Shown one piece after another: positions 53,201 to 64,000 of a stretch of 64,000 nt of DNA. The stretch is from Octopus vulgaris (taxonomy: Eukaryota), in contig OX597829.1 in NCBI GenBank assembly GCA_951406725.2, positions 10,726,001 through 10,790,000 on the forward strand. Reading direction: 5' to 3'. Within the stretch, counting starts at the first letter, position 1. Every line of letters begins with the position of its first letter. A program made the position numbers and the translations under genes. A model generated the notes under the pieces. It worked only from the letters and a program-made list of their open reading frames with translations. It did no database searches and had not been told where the DNA came from.

Positions 53201-55478
53201 TACTGCATCAGGGTAAAGAGATTTCAGGGTGCTGTATGTGTTCTGTGTTACGTATATTATTTTAATGTGTTGTGGTGGTGTTGTGCGTGGGTGGTTACTT
53301 GTTTTTATGTCGTTTTCAGTTATGTTGGTGTTTGACCTAATGTGTTCCATTAGGTCGTGGTTGTTTGTGTTTATGGCTGTCAACATTGTTGGGGGGTTTG
53401 ATGATGGTGTGTTTGTGTTGATGTGTTTGTTTTCTGTGGATGTTTTTGTTTCGGGAGTGGTGAATCTTCCTGCTTTGTTTGTTATCTTTTCTTTTCTATT
53501 TTTCCCCTTTTTCTTCTCCCCACTGTGACTATTTGCCAATCTTCTGTGTCTTCTTCGTCTAATGACAAATCAGAGGAATCAGAGCTTGGGAGAGGGAAAA
53601 TATTGGGGTCTATTGTAGACTGTGTTGATTTTGTTGTTAGTGTTGGTTGGTGAGCGTTAGGTTGTGGTGTATGCGGTTTTGGAGGTGGGGTGTGGGTATT
53701 TTGTGTTTGAGTGATTGTAGGTATTGTTGTGTTGTTTGGGTGTCAATTTTGTGGGGATTTGGAGTAGTAATTGTTTCTTCATTTTCGATGAGTGTCTTTT
53801 TGGCAGATGTCCTTGGTTTGGGAGTTGGTTTATTCTTGGTTGTTGTTGTTGGTGGTGTTGCTTCTGTTCTTGCTGCAGTTGGTGTGGTTGTTTGGTTGGT
53901 GAGGTTTGTTTTTTTTTTTTTGATTTTCTGTGATTAGTCCTGTTTGTACAATTTGTGGTGTGGGTAGTAAAACTGGCTTTTTTGTTTTTTCCGGCTGCTG
54001 TTTTTTTAGGTGTTGCTCACTGCCGCATATGTAGCAACGTGGTCTTCTGCCATCGACGACCACATACAACTTGTGGTCTTCTGATACACATATCTGGGTG
54101 GTTATTTTCTTGATATCATCCTGGTTGATGTGTAGTAGAAATTCTACTTTTTTTCCCACCCAGTTTTTGTGCTCCGTGACCGTAGTTTCTAAAATTGTGA
54201 AATCTTCCATTTTCACACATAAGGCCTTTACTAGCCATAGATTGTTAGCTATTTTTGGGACATTGTTTAAAGTGATCTTAGTCACTTTCTGTCCACGATA
54301 GCTTGGTGTTAGTTGAAGTTCATCTGAATGAAGAGTTAGCGTTGAGAAACGTCTTGCTAACTCTTCAGTGTGGAATACCACTTGTATGTGTGCGAACTTG
54401 TTCCACCAGGTCACATACTCTTTGTAGTGCCAGATGAGTTTCAAGCATTTTTCGATTTTGCTTGTGTTAGCCTTCTCTGGACTTTTTGTTTTCTTATTAA
54501 TTATTTTATATATAATAGTTCTTTTTTTTTCATCTTCTAATATTTCTTGTGGTATGTTTATTTTTACTATACCATCTACTTCCGTTATTAAAATGTTCGT
54601 ATCTTTTATTTGTTGTGCAGTAAAATATACTGTTGTCTTTTTTTCTTTAATCGCCTCGGCGAAATTTGTTGTTGTTTTGTTATTGTTGTTGCTGGTGGTG
54701 ATGTTTTTGTTGGCTGCAGTTGGTAAAATCAGTGTATTTGGTTTGATTGTGCAAGTAGGAAGGGGTGGAAAATTACTTGCATAGTTTATCCCTGTATTCG
54801 AGCAGCTTTTGTCAATTTGTTTGGTGGTCACAGTCTTTTGTTTATTCCCGTCAGTTCTTGTTGTTGGAGAAAACAAGGTCTGAACGGAATTGTTGTTGTT
54901 GTTATTGTTGTTTTTGTTGTTGGCGGTGGTGTCAGTGGCAGAAGAGACAGCCGTGGCAGCAGATGTCGAAATGGTGGCGCAAATGTTGTTATTCTTGTTG
55001 TCATTGTTATTGTTGTTGTTGTTGGTAGTTGAGGTAGTGGATGAGGTGGCGGTAGTGGTGATGGTGGGGCAGGCGGCGGTAGTAGCAGTAGTAGTCTTGT
55101 TGTTGTTGTTGTTAGTGACAGTGCTGTTATCGCAAGTGGTTGCAGCGTTCACTGCCACGTCATTTAGGTTTGCACTTTGCGTGCATGAGTTCTTTTTTTC
55201 TTCTCCTAGCGTTTCCAGACTAGGAGAATGTTGGTCGATAAAGGAACGCGACCAGCGTTCTACAATACAATTTCTCGACATTTTTTAATGTCGAGAAGAA
55301 AAATACACAAATTAAATAGGGCTGAAACTGCCCCTAGGGGCGAATTCCTCCCTTGGAAAAGCACTCAAACGAAAGTTGGGTGCCTTACACACCTTATTTA
55401 CAAAAATGTACACAAAATATGGGCTATAAATAGCCAAAATAAACGATTACCTTCGGAGCCGAAGTGACAGCGCGTCCG
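50227..55478 (-). mobile_element. Tx1-clade retrotransposon with ORF1 and ORF2, internal deletion in RT near 51205
   Basis: ORF1 from 55281 has a degenerate CCHC knuckle (CYICGSEQH). ORF2 from 53039 has APE motifs (SINVRGL, ISET, AVYAP, GDWNA, SYLDRVF, TDH, GYWKLN) and RT motifs (KSPGLDGLPYE, FRPITLLNADLKILAKVL, DQSKAFDRV), then jumps to the C-terminal zinc finger. Confidence 0.92.
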
Positions 55479-55484
55479 TAGATG

Positions 55485-55547
<63 letters not shown>

Positions 55548-55789
55548 GGATAGGTATTAGAAAATGTGTGAGATCCTTAGTACAGTTAAAAAAATAATAA
55601 ATCAAACTGATTAAAACTAGCAGTGAAGTCATTTTTTTGTCTTTTTTCAAACACACACACACACTCACACGCACACACACACACACATATATATATATAG
55701 GAAATACACCCCCCCCAAAAAAAAACCAAGAACAAATACAAGAAGACAACACGCGAGGACGTGGTACGTTCAAAGTATTAGCAGACGCT

Positions 55790-57570
55790 CGGGGAAGGAA
55801 AGAAAGGTGGTTTTACGTTTCGAGCAAATGATTGTTTTAACCTGATCTTGAGTAATGTCATTGCTTGGCAGTTCTCATAAACATGGACTGCACAGAAGCA
55901 GCTTTTCATTTCTGTAGAGATGTGGCATCGATGGGTGCCTCTTGTAGTAGATGTAACAATAATGTTTTGGGGAGCTTTCATATGACGTTTCAATCCACTC
56001 CCTGACGCATATTCTTTTCCACGCCCACTGCTTAAAGAGAAATTGTTCAATGTATAGGTAATAGTTTCTCTTGTGTGCGTATGACTTCACTGATGACTTC
56101 CATACACACGACTACACTTGTAACATGTTCATCTGGTCTTCGCACCAACATGATCGGGAAAATTTAAATAAAAATCCTTATGAATATCGCTTTTGAGCTG
56201 TTCATACTCGATACGATTTTCTTCGAATCCCCCCCCCCCCCATCATGCGCAGATTTCCTTCTCGATTAACTATCTATAGCAAAATTTATCCATTGTTCAA
56301 GATTTTTATTTTCTCCAATGTTTTCTTGATGCAGCTCTTATACCTTCATTTTGTACACTTGTTTTTTACCCTGAGCTATATCCAATATACAGAAATTTCT
56401 CAATGATCCGATCATCTCCTTTCCTCGTCATATGACTACACATTCGTAATCGGTGCGAAAGTACTAGAGACTCTGTATTGGTAGACTAATTGCCTTCAAG
56501 GACGTCATTTAAATATATTTGCTATCGGATAGCCATTATACAGTGGAATCACTGTTGATGAAATCACTCCAGTCTCCTCATATGCGTTCAGTAAGTAAGT
56601 CACTCTCAGCGCATAACAACGGAGACGAAACACAAGTATTGTGGACCGTCAGCTTTGTCTCGGTCGAACTTCGATGTTGAAACCATAAATGTCTATTCAG
56701 TTTTCTGAAGAAAGCTTTAATGGCTTTCTTGATTGGAAAAGAGATTTCACCATCAAGAGTATTTGTTCCGTTTATAGCATCGCCTAAACACATGAATTCA
56801 TCGACAACCTGCATACCCAGAAATATTTGGCTTTACCCGGAGCAGGTTGGTACATTACAATTGTCTTTTCAGGTTGATAATTAGATTCGATGCACCACAT
56901 GTCATAAAGAAGGAGTCCACAAGATGCAGAAAGTAACTCTAGAAATAAGCAACAAAATTTCTATCCTCAGCATACAGGAAACGCTTACTAGAGGCGAGAA
57001 CAGCTTTGCTTTTGGCAACAAATCGTTTTATATTCAACATTCTACCCGTTTTTCCGTACTTGACGTAGACTCATGTAAAAAAAAACTCCCTAACGCCATC
57101 AAGAAAGCCAAAGCACAGTGCAATTAAACAGAGTTAGAGCTGGTATAACCCTTCAATAAATCCAATTTCAACTAAAATTACATCAGAAAGCTTACCACCC
57201 ACGTTGACAAATGCTTTCATCTCATCATGGAAACGTGTAAGCAGAAAGGCAAAGTTACCAGAATACTTAAGCTTCCTCGGAATGTTCCATAAGGCATTTC
57301 TATTTAGAATATCAAAAGCGTTGGTAAGATCAACAAAGACTTGATACAGGTTCTTCTCTTAATGCATTTTTTTTCTTTTCTGAAATTGCTTAACGGAAAA
57401 GATTTTATCCGATGCCTTCCAACCCCACCCTGACATTTCTGAAACCACGCTGAGATTCAGGAAGGAGCATATCGGCGATGTTGTTGAGAAACCTGTCCAG
57501 TATGATCCTACACTACACCTTGCTCACCACAGAAAGAAAAGATACTTCACTGCAATTCCCACAGAATTAT
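55790..57570 (-). mobile_element. Old RTE-clade LINE RT fragment
   Basis: FVDLTNAFD..NRNALW, FHDEM, VDEFMCLG..LDGEI..IKKA.KAF, TKLTVH. Heavily decayed and ends uncertain. Confidence 0.75.
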
Positions 57571-58701
57571 AGAGTTCACCATCAGTGCTTCTTTCATATG
57601 GGACACTCTCTTCAATCCGAACCTTTTGCATTATGTCAATTAGATGCTAAAGAAGGCTTTTATCTCCGTATTTCAAAATCTCCGTATTTCAAAATCTCAG
57701 CAGAGGGAGACTATACAACCCAGACGACTTACTACTATATAGGTTCACCTTCTTCCAGGGAAAGAGCTTCTGTCATATACTCTTTTGTGGGTGTACTGAG
57801 AATCAAAACCAACATATTCATTATCGACACATATGTATGTATATAATGTTTGTACATATGTATGCATGTATTTATGCATGTATGTATGCATGTATGCAAT
57901 GTATGTATATATGTATGTATGAATACACACACGTGCACATACACACACGCAGACACACACACACATACACACACACACACAAGGATAATTAAATAAACAT
58001 CTGCATCACTTTCCTATAAAGAATTATTAATCTCTATACGCGTTATCTGGTATCTATTGCTGGCTGATAAATGTGCCGAGGGAATGAAGAATAAAGCGTC
58101 ACTGGCCCATGAACAAAGGGCTAACCGCAGCAGATTTGATCTCATTCTCTATATGATAATGGTCTAATTACTAAGCAACCCGGTGTTTTACTGCAATTTG
58201 ATGATGTTATTTTACGTATATCGAAATATTAAAAAACAAAAATTAAAAGCGATGTTAAAATTTAACGGCAAAATATTATGGTTTTACATAGTGACTGTGG
58301 TAGAATGTGATAGTCTTGTGAAAAAGTGTGTTACCTATGTCAATAGATATTGAAATTCTCTTCTGCAGGCTCTAAGTCTTATAAGACGAGCACAGCATCA
58401 ACTTTCATAGATAAGTTAGTTTAAAAAACTAACAGCTCAACTGGTCTCTACGAAATTTAAACTCAGAAAACAAGATGCCGGACATTAAATTCCACGAAGC
58501 ATTTTGTTCAACACTCTAATTCTGAACTAATTTGCTTCTAGACGCTATAAAGAGGCAGGTAATTTGCTACTAAGCGTGACTATAATTTACATAAATTAAG
58601 CAGGAGCGTTTTATACACACACACACACACATACACACATCACACACAAGCACACATATATATGTATACATTCACTCAATTAAAATATATGCGTGTGTAT
58701 G

Positions 58702-58836
<135 letters not shown>

Positions 58837-58837
58837 C

Positions 58838-61392
58838 CTATAGAGGGAAAGTTTACGAAAATAAACAAAAGACGAAGGCAGGTGGAGTACAAACAAACAA
58901 ATGTATTAGTATAGCGCTCAGGAATATAAATAGAAAAAGTCTTTTACGTTTCGAGCCTACGCTCTTCGACAGAAAGATACACAGAAAAAATCAAGGAGAG
59001 AAACAAGGACAGAAAAATGCGTGTAGGAGCTAACGATCTATCATGGCGTCCTGACTTCGAACAGTGGTCAGACGCGAGAGGGACAGTAGGGGAGATAACT
59101 GGGTCAAGTGACTTCCAATACGAAGGTGCCCCCAACACAAAGGTGCGTGTGTGTATAAGAGAGTATTTTTGTGCGTGTGAAAGTGGGCTGGTGGTCTGGA
59201 CGTGTGGGGGGAAGGAGGAGGAGGGAAGGAGGAGGAGGAGGAGGAGGAGGAGGGAAGAGAGGAGAAGAGAAGGAGGAGGGAGGGGAGAAAAGGTGTGTGA
59301 GGGAGCAGAGAGAAAGAGAGAAAGGAGAAGAGAGTAGGGGAGAAGAGGGAAAGAGAGTAGAGGGGAAGAGGGAAGAAGAGGGAAGAAGAGGGAAGAAGAG
59401 GGAGAAGAGGGAAGAAGGGGAAGAAGGGAAAGACGGGAAGAAGATGGAAGAAGAGAAAGAGGAAAGAAGAGGGAAAGAGATTAGGGGTGAAAAGATGTAG
59501 GAGTGAAGAGAAGTAGGAGGAGGAGATCGGGGAGGAGGTTAGATGAAAATGGGAGGAGAGTTGAGCCCAAATGGCATAAAAGAGCGAAGAGAGAAGATTA
59601 ATCCCTGTTCACGGCGCAAGCGGGAATCCGGATGGCCTCTGTGCAGGGACAATCCGAACACAGACAGGTGTTGCAAAGAGTGACCGGTGGAGCGGAAATG
59701 GCGTGAGACTGGAGTGTCATTGGCGAGGCGGATGTCTCGGAGGTGTTCTGCGAACCGGTCAGCCAAGCGGCGTCCCGCTTGTCCGATGTAAAGGAAATGG
59801 CAGAGAGAACAGGAGATGCAATAGATGATGTTGCTGGAGGTGCAGGTGAAGGAGTCGATTATGCGATAGGTTCGATGATGAGTGCCGGTGGTGTTGGAGA
59901 GGTAAGGGCAAGTGCAGCAGCGTGGGCGGGAGCAGGGGAACGGGCCAGGTTCGGAGGTAGGGTTGGGGAAGAAGCTGTGGACCAAGGAGTCTCGTAGGTT
60001 ATGGGCTCGTTTGAAGGAGGGGAGGGGTCGGTTAGGGAAGAGGTGTGAAGTGGACGGGTCAGACTGGAGAAGCCGGAAAGCTCGAAGATTGGTGCGTTGG
60101 AGAGGTACGGTGGTGGGGTGGTGAAGGGAAAAGGGAGGCGCGAGACTGCAGGGCGGGTTCGGGGGGAGAGAGCAGATGCACGGTCCACAGAACATGCTCT
60201 GGCAAGGGCGGTGTGGATAGTAGTGAGGGGGTATCCACGTAGGATGAAGTGGAGAGCCATGAGTTGAGACTGAGTTTCAAAATCATGGTCGTCACTACAG
60301 AGCCTGCGTAGACGGAGGAATTGGGAATAGGGTATGAAAAGCTTGGTGTGTTTGGGGTGGGAGGAAGAAAATTTTAGGTATGAGTGTGAGTCGGTGTTTG
60401 TAGTGAATGGAGTTGGTAAGAGTGGAGTGATGAATGCTGACCGAAATGTCAAGAAAGGAGACAGAGGTGTTGGAGATAGTGCAGAAGTGGAGGGCAGGAT
60501 GGAAGGATTTAACGAAAGAGAGGAAGGAGTCTAGATGTTTGCGGGAGAGTGAGGTGGCACCGATACAGTCGTCAATATAACTACCGTATAGTTCCGGAGT
60601 TGAACCAGTGAAACTAGAGAATATTTGGGCCTCAAAATAGCCAACGAACAGGTTCGCATAGTTGGGGCCCATTGGCGTTCCCATGGCCACTCCCGATCTG
60701 CACGCGAACGAGAAGCAGTTAAGAGAAAGGACAAGTTTGGCCAGACGAATGAATGTAGAGGTGTCGGGTTCAGGGTTGGCGCGGAGGCCGAGAAAGTGTT
60801 GAAGTGCACGCAGAGGCTCTGGATGTCCATTGTTAAGAGGAGTTTGGAGGAGCCAGGAGGAAAGGAGAAAGAGTTGAAAAGCCGGAAAGCATGGTTGGTG
60901 TCGTGGATGTGAGAGGGAAGAGACGCCACTAGGGGGGCAAGGACACGGTCGAGGTATTTTGAGATAAGCTCGGTGGGGCAGTTTCAGGCAGAGACGATGC
61001 GGCGGCCAGGGTTGTTGGGTTTGGGGATTTTGGGGAGGAAGTAAATGGTGGGGGTGCGTGGGGTTCGGACAATGAGGTTGGATGCGGTGTAGGGGAGACG
61101 GGAGGACGAGATGAGGCCGTGAACAGTAGAGGAGACCGTCTGTTGGTAGCTAAGCGTGGGGTCAGAGGGGAGTAGAAGGAGGTGTCATTGAGTTGGCAGA
61201 GCGCCTCGGCCCTGTAGAGGTCCGCGCGCTACACTACCTCAGCTCCACCCTTGTCGATCGGTTTAATAACAATGTCAGTACGCCATCGGAGGGAACGAAG
61301 AGCCGAGAGTTCGGCTGAGGGGATGTTGAGGCGGCGGTGGCGCCTGGAGAAGTTGAACCGCTCCAACGCACGCTGACAGGCACCGGCGGTAT

Positions 61393-61394
<2 letters not shown>
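58838..61394 (-). mobile_element. Penelope-like element (GC-rich family), 5'-truncated and frameshifted
   Basis: IVIKP.DKGG..V, MDIQSL, AMGTPMGPNYANLF, YIDD, VSFLD, SSHPKHTK..IPYSQFLRLRR, FTCTSSNIIYCISC..LYIGQ..RL.DRF.EH, PFGLN. Confidence 0.92.
58940..58977 (-). ncRNA. Minimal hammerhead-like motif at the PLE 3' end (A6U core variant)
   Basis: TCTTT-CTGTCGA-A-GAGC-GTAG-GCTC-GAAA-CG-TA-AAAGA. Palindromic helix III (ACGT). Confidence 0.65.
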
Positions 61395-61491
<97 letters not shown>

Positions 61492-61911
61492 AATAATTCA
61501 ATTTTCTTAGAAAGTATTTTTAAGCATACTTCACAATATATGGGCTGTATTAAGAAGCACTCATTGCAAGCTAAATCGAAGGATAAGACAAATTATAGAA
61601 GGAACACATCTAGGCAATCAGTACAAATTCCAAACCATAATTTAAAGCGCCCAAATAAATAAATATGCATATAAATTTATACAAATAAATGAATAGAATT
61701 ACATGTGAAAGTTATATGTGAAAACTATGCATCATGTACGTTGGGCTCACATACTAAATGGAGGAGGGACAACCGTAGAGATAAAAATTCAAGATAAGGG
61801 CTTCCAGAGTAAATGTTCCAATCGATTAAGAATTTGGTGTTTATATGAGATCGGATGAGAGTTAAAAATTTTAAAACTCAGAGGTAAATAAATTTGGTAA
61901 ATGTTATTACA

Positions 61912-61973
61912 TAAGATAGATATACAAACTCGGGGTTAAACTCCTTTAACCCCGAGTTTGTATATTTATCTTA
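61912..61973. repeat. 29-bp inverted repeat with 4-nt loop
   Basis: TAAGATAGATATACAAACTCGGGGTTAAA-CTCC-TTTAACCCCGAGTTTGTATATTTATCTTA, with one G-T pair. Confidence 0.9.
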
Positions 61974-62874
61974 CATAACAATATATACGAATTTACAATA
62001 TAAAATAAGTGGGCGCAAGATTCAGTACTAACCTGGTAACAAAAATGTAATTGTGATGTTCAAGTGGTTCGAAAAGTTACCCACAGTATAATAGTTCTAA
62101 GTATTGGCAGCATTCCAACAGTTTATCTCTTACTCTTCACAACGTGAACTTTTGATTACTAACTGTTTTCTACCTCCTTTTGCATCCATTCGTTACAGGC
62201 AGTCTATATGTTAAAAGACAGACCGAAACGAGCGTGTTCTTTTTTTCTGTTTTTTTTTTCAGGTACTGTATTTCCCGTAATTATTATGGAACAAATCGAA
62301 TTATCTTGCATCGACTAAGAATCGTCATCGTATCGCGAACCAACCACTTGTCTATGATTACATGTTCTACAGGTCTGCATTTATCGCTCTTAAACTCTAA
62401 CAAATAAAAAGCAACCAAATATCCAGATAAAGAATGCAAATAGTCCGATTCGGGAATTGCTAGGATATCGGATCAATAGTCTAATATGTCGTACTCTTAC
62501 ACTGTCACTGACCTGGGTAAATGGCCAAGATAGACAAACTCAATTCTAAGTGGTACTTTTCTCATTAAACGAGATACAATAATATGTATCAGTGGAATAG
62601 ACTTGAACCTCACAATATTTAGTCTCTCTGACTGTCTACTCCACAATTAATGCAACAGCATTTGTCCTTCAGAGTTAGCTACCTGCATGCATAATCTCTA
62701 ACTGTAGCCTTTAATATATTTTATACACATGCCTCACATGCATTATTCCTAAATCTATAAACGCCTGCAATTCTTTCACCATCTACGTTTTTCCTGCAAA
62801 TATTATTGAGATACGTTAAAGCCAAACATCAAACACATTATTGTTCGCAATAAAGACCATCAATATTTCTCCTC

Positions 62875-63724
62875 CTTGAAGCCTCCTCAACCGAAAAAAG
62901 ATTAAAAAGGAAGGAGGTGGGCAACAATAGTTGCCCGCCGAAGGACCCTAAGGCTTCGGGAGGTGGGGAGAGACACCGGACAAAGCAGAAGAGCTCCACT
63001 CTCCCGAACTCAGGAAGGAAAGAAAAAAAAGAAGGAAGAACGGGTCATCTCAGCGAAAAGAGATGATGTGCCATCTGCATGTCCCGAAGTTGTGTCACTC
63101 ACGGTGGAATAACGACCCCCACCCTTAAAGATGATCAATTAATTATCTTTTTCTACAAGGGCGGGGAGGTGGAAAAATAGAACATAAAGAGACAGTAGAT
63201 ATGCCCTTCACACAGGATTCCGAATGGCCTCCGCAGATAGCTGTGGAGGTTTCCCTTGTGGGAAAGGCTTAAAGGATTTGGGAAGGAATGTCGCATATGG
63301 CCGGGTGGCCCTTACACGACTTACATGTCCTACATGAGTGAGGCATGGGAAATAGCGGGATACAGGAACTCAAAGGGCATTGAAGATGGATATATCGATG
63401 AGTAGGAGGTGAAAAAGCCTAGTTAGAGGGTTTGAAACCTCATCTTATTGCATTATTTGTAGTGGTTTATAACCTCAATTGTGTGTTTTAAAAAAAACAT
63501 GTTAAGTAAGAGGTTTTAGTGCCTCCTTCTTGTAAGAGGTTTGAAACCGCATATTGATTCTTTAAAAAAAGAAAATATGTTTTCGAGAAAAATCCAATCG
63601 GCGGGTGTTGGGTTTCGTCTCTCATTTATTCATTCTATTTCATTTTCATTCATTAATGTCTTTGTCCAGCCCGCAAAGCTACACACGCTTTGTACTGCCT
63701 TTATGGCAAATTTGATAAATTCAC
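62875..63724 (+). mobile_element. Diverged 3' portion of the ORF1-only element family
   Basis: Colinear with the reverse complement of 21152-21950 (CCTTCACACAG, CAGATAGCTGTGGA, GAAT.TCGC..TG.CCGGGTG, TGCCTTTATGGCAAATT). Confidence 0.65.
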
Positions 63725-63880
63725 GTAGCTTGCTTACAAACCACATGGATCCGGGTTCAGTCCCACTGCGTGGCACCTTGGGCAAGTGTCCTCTACTATA
63801 GCTTCGGGCCGACCAAAGTCTTGTGAGTGGATTTGATAGACGGAAACTGAAAGAAGCCCGCCGTATATATATATATATAT

Positions 63881-63938
<58 letters not shown>

Positions 63939-64000
63939 GTACGCGTGTGTATATGTTTGTGTGTCTGTGTTTGTCTCCCCCCAACATCGCTGGACAACCG
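63725..64000 (+). mobile_element. SINE family A lacking the start of its head
   Basis: Begins TAGCTTGCTTACAAACCACATGG..GGTTCAGTCCC and runs off the window. Confidence 0.85.

Noticed and set aside
59210-59540. Glu/Arg/Gly-rich ORFs
   Set aside because: Antisense of the polypyrimidine 3' UTR of the PLE.

Overview
AT-rich, microsatellite-dense eukaryotic DNA. The SINE and Penelope repertoire most resembles a coleoid cephalopod (octopus-like) genome; this is an inference from the repeats only. Nearly all ORF-track hits are microsatellite artefacts or transposon debris. The one clear host-gene signal is a signal-peptide-encoding first coding exon on the minus strand (14273-13778, phase-1 donor). 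The rest is decayed TEs: Penelope-like elements (PLEs), Helitrons, mariner/Tc1/IS630-type transposons, CR1-, RTE- and R4/Dong-type LINEs, Tx1-clade elements and three tRNA-derived SINE families. Three things stand out. (1) Nine full-length type I hammerhead-ribozyme motifs plus two half copies, from several PLE-related families, with mostly palindromic helix III; they include a U3:A8 core variant and one with a multi-hairpin helix II. (2) An ORF1-only (HAL1-like) Tx1-related retroelement found twice joined to the same nucleotide of a SINE tRNA head. (3) A tandem array of Tx1 elements all bounded by (GATA)n repeats. Coordinates were read by eye and element ends are approximate.
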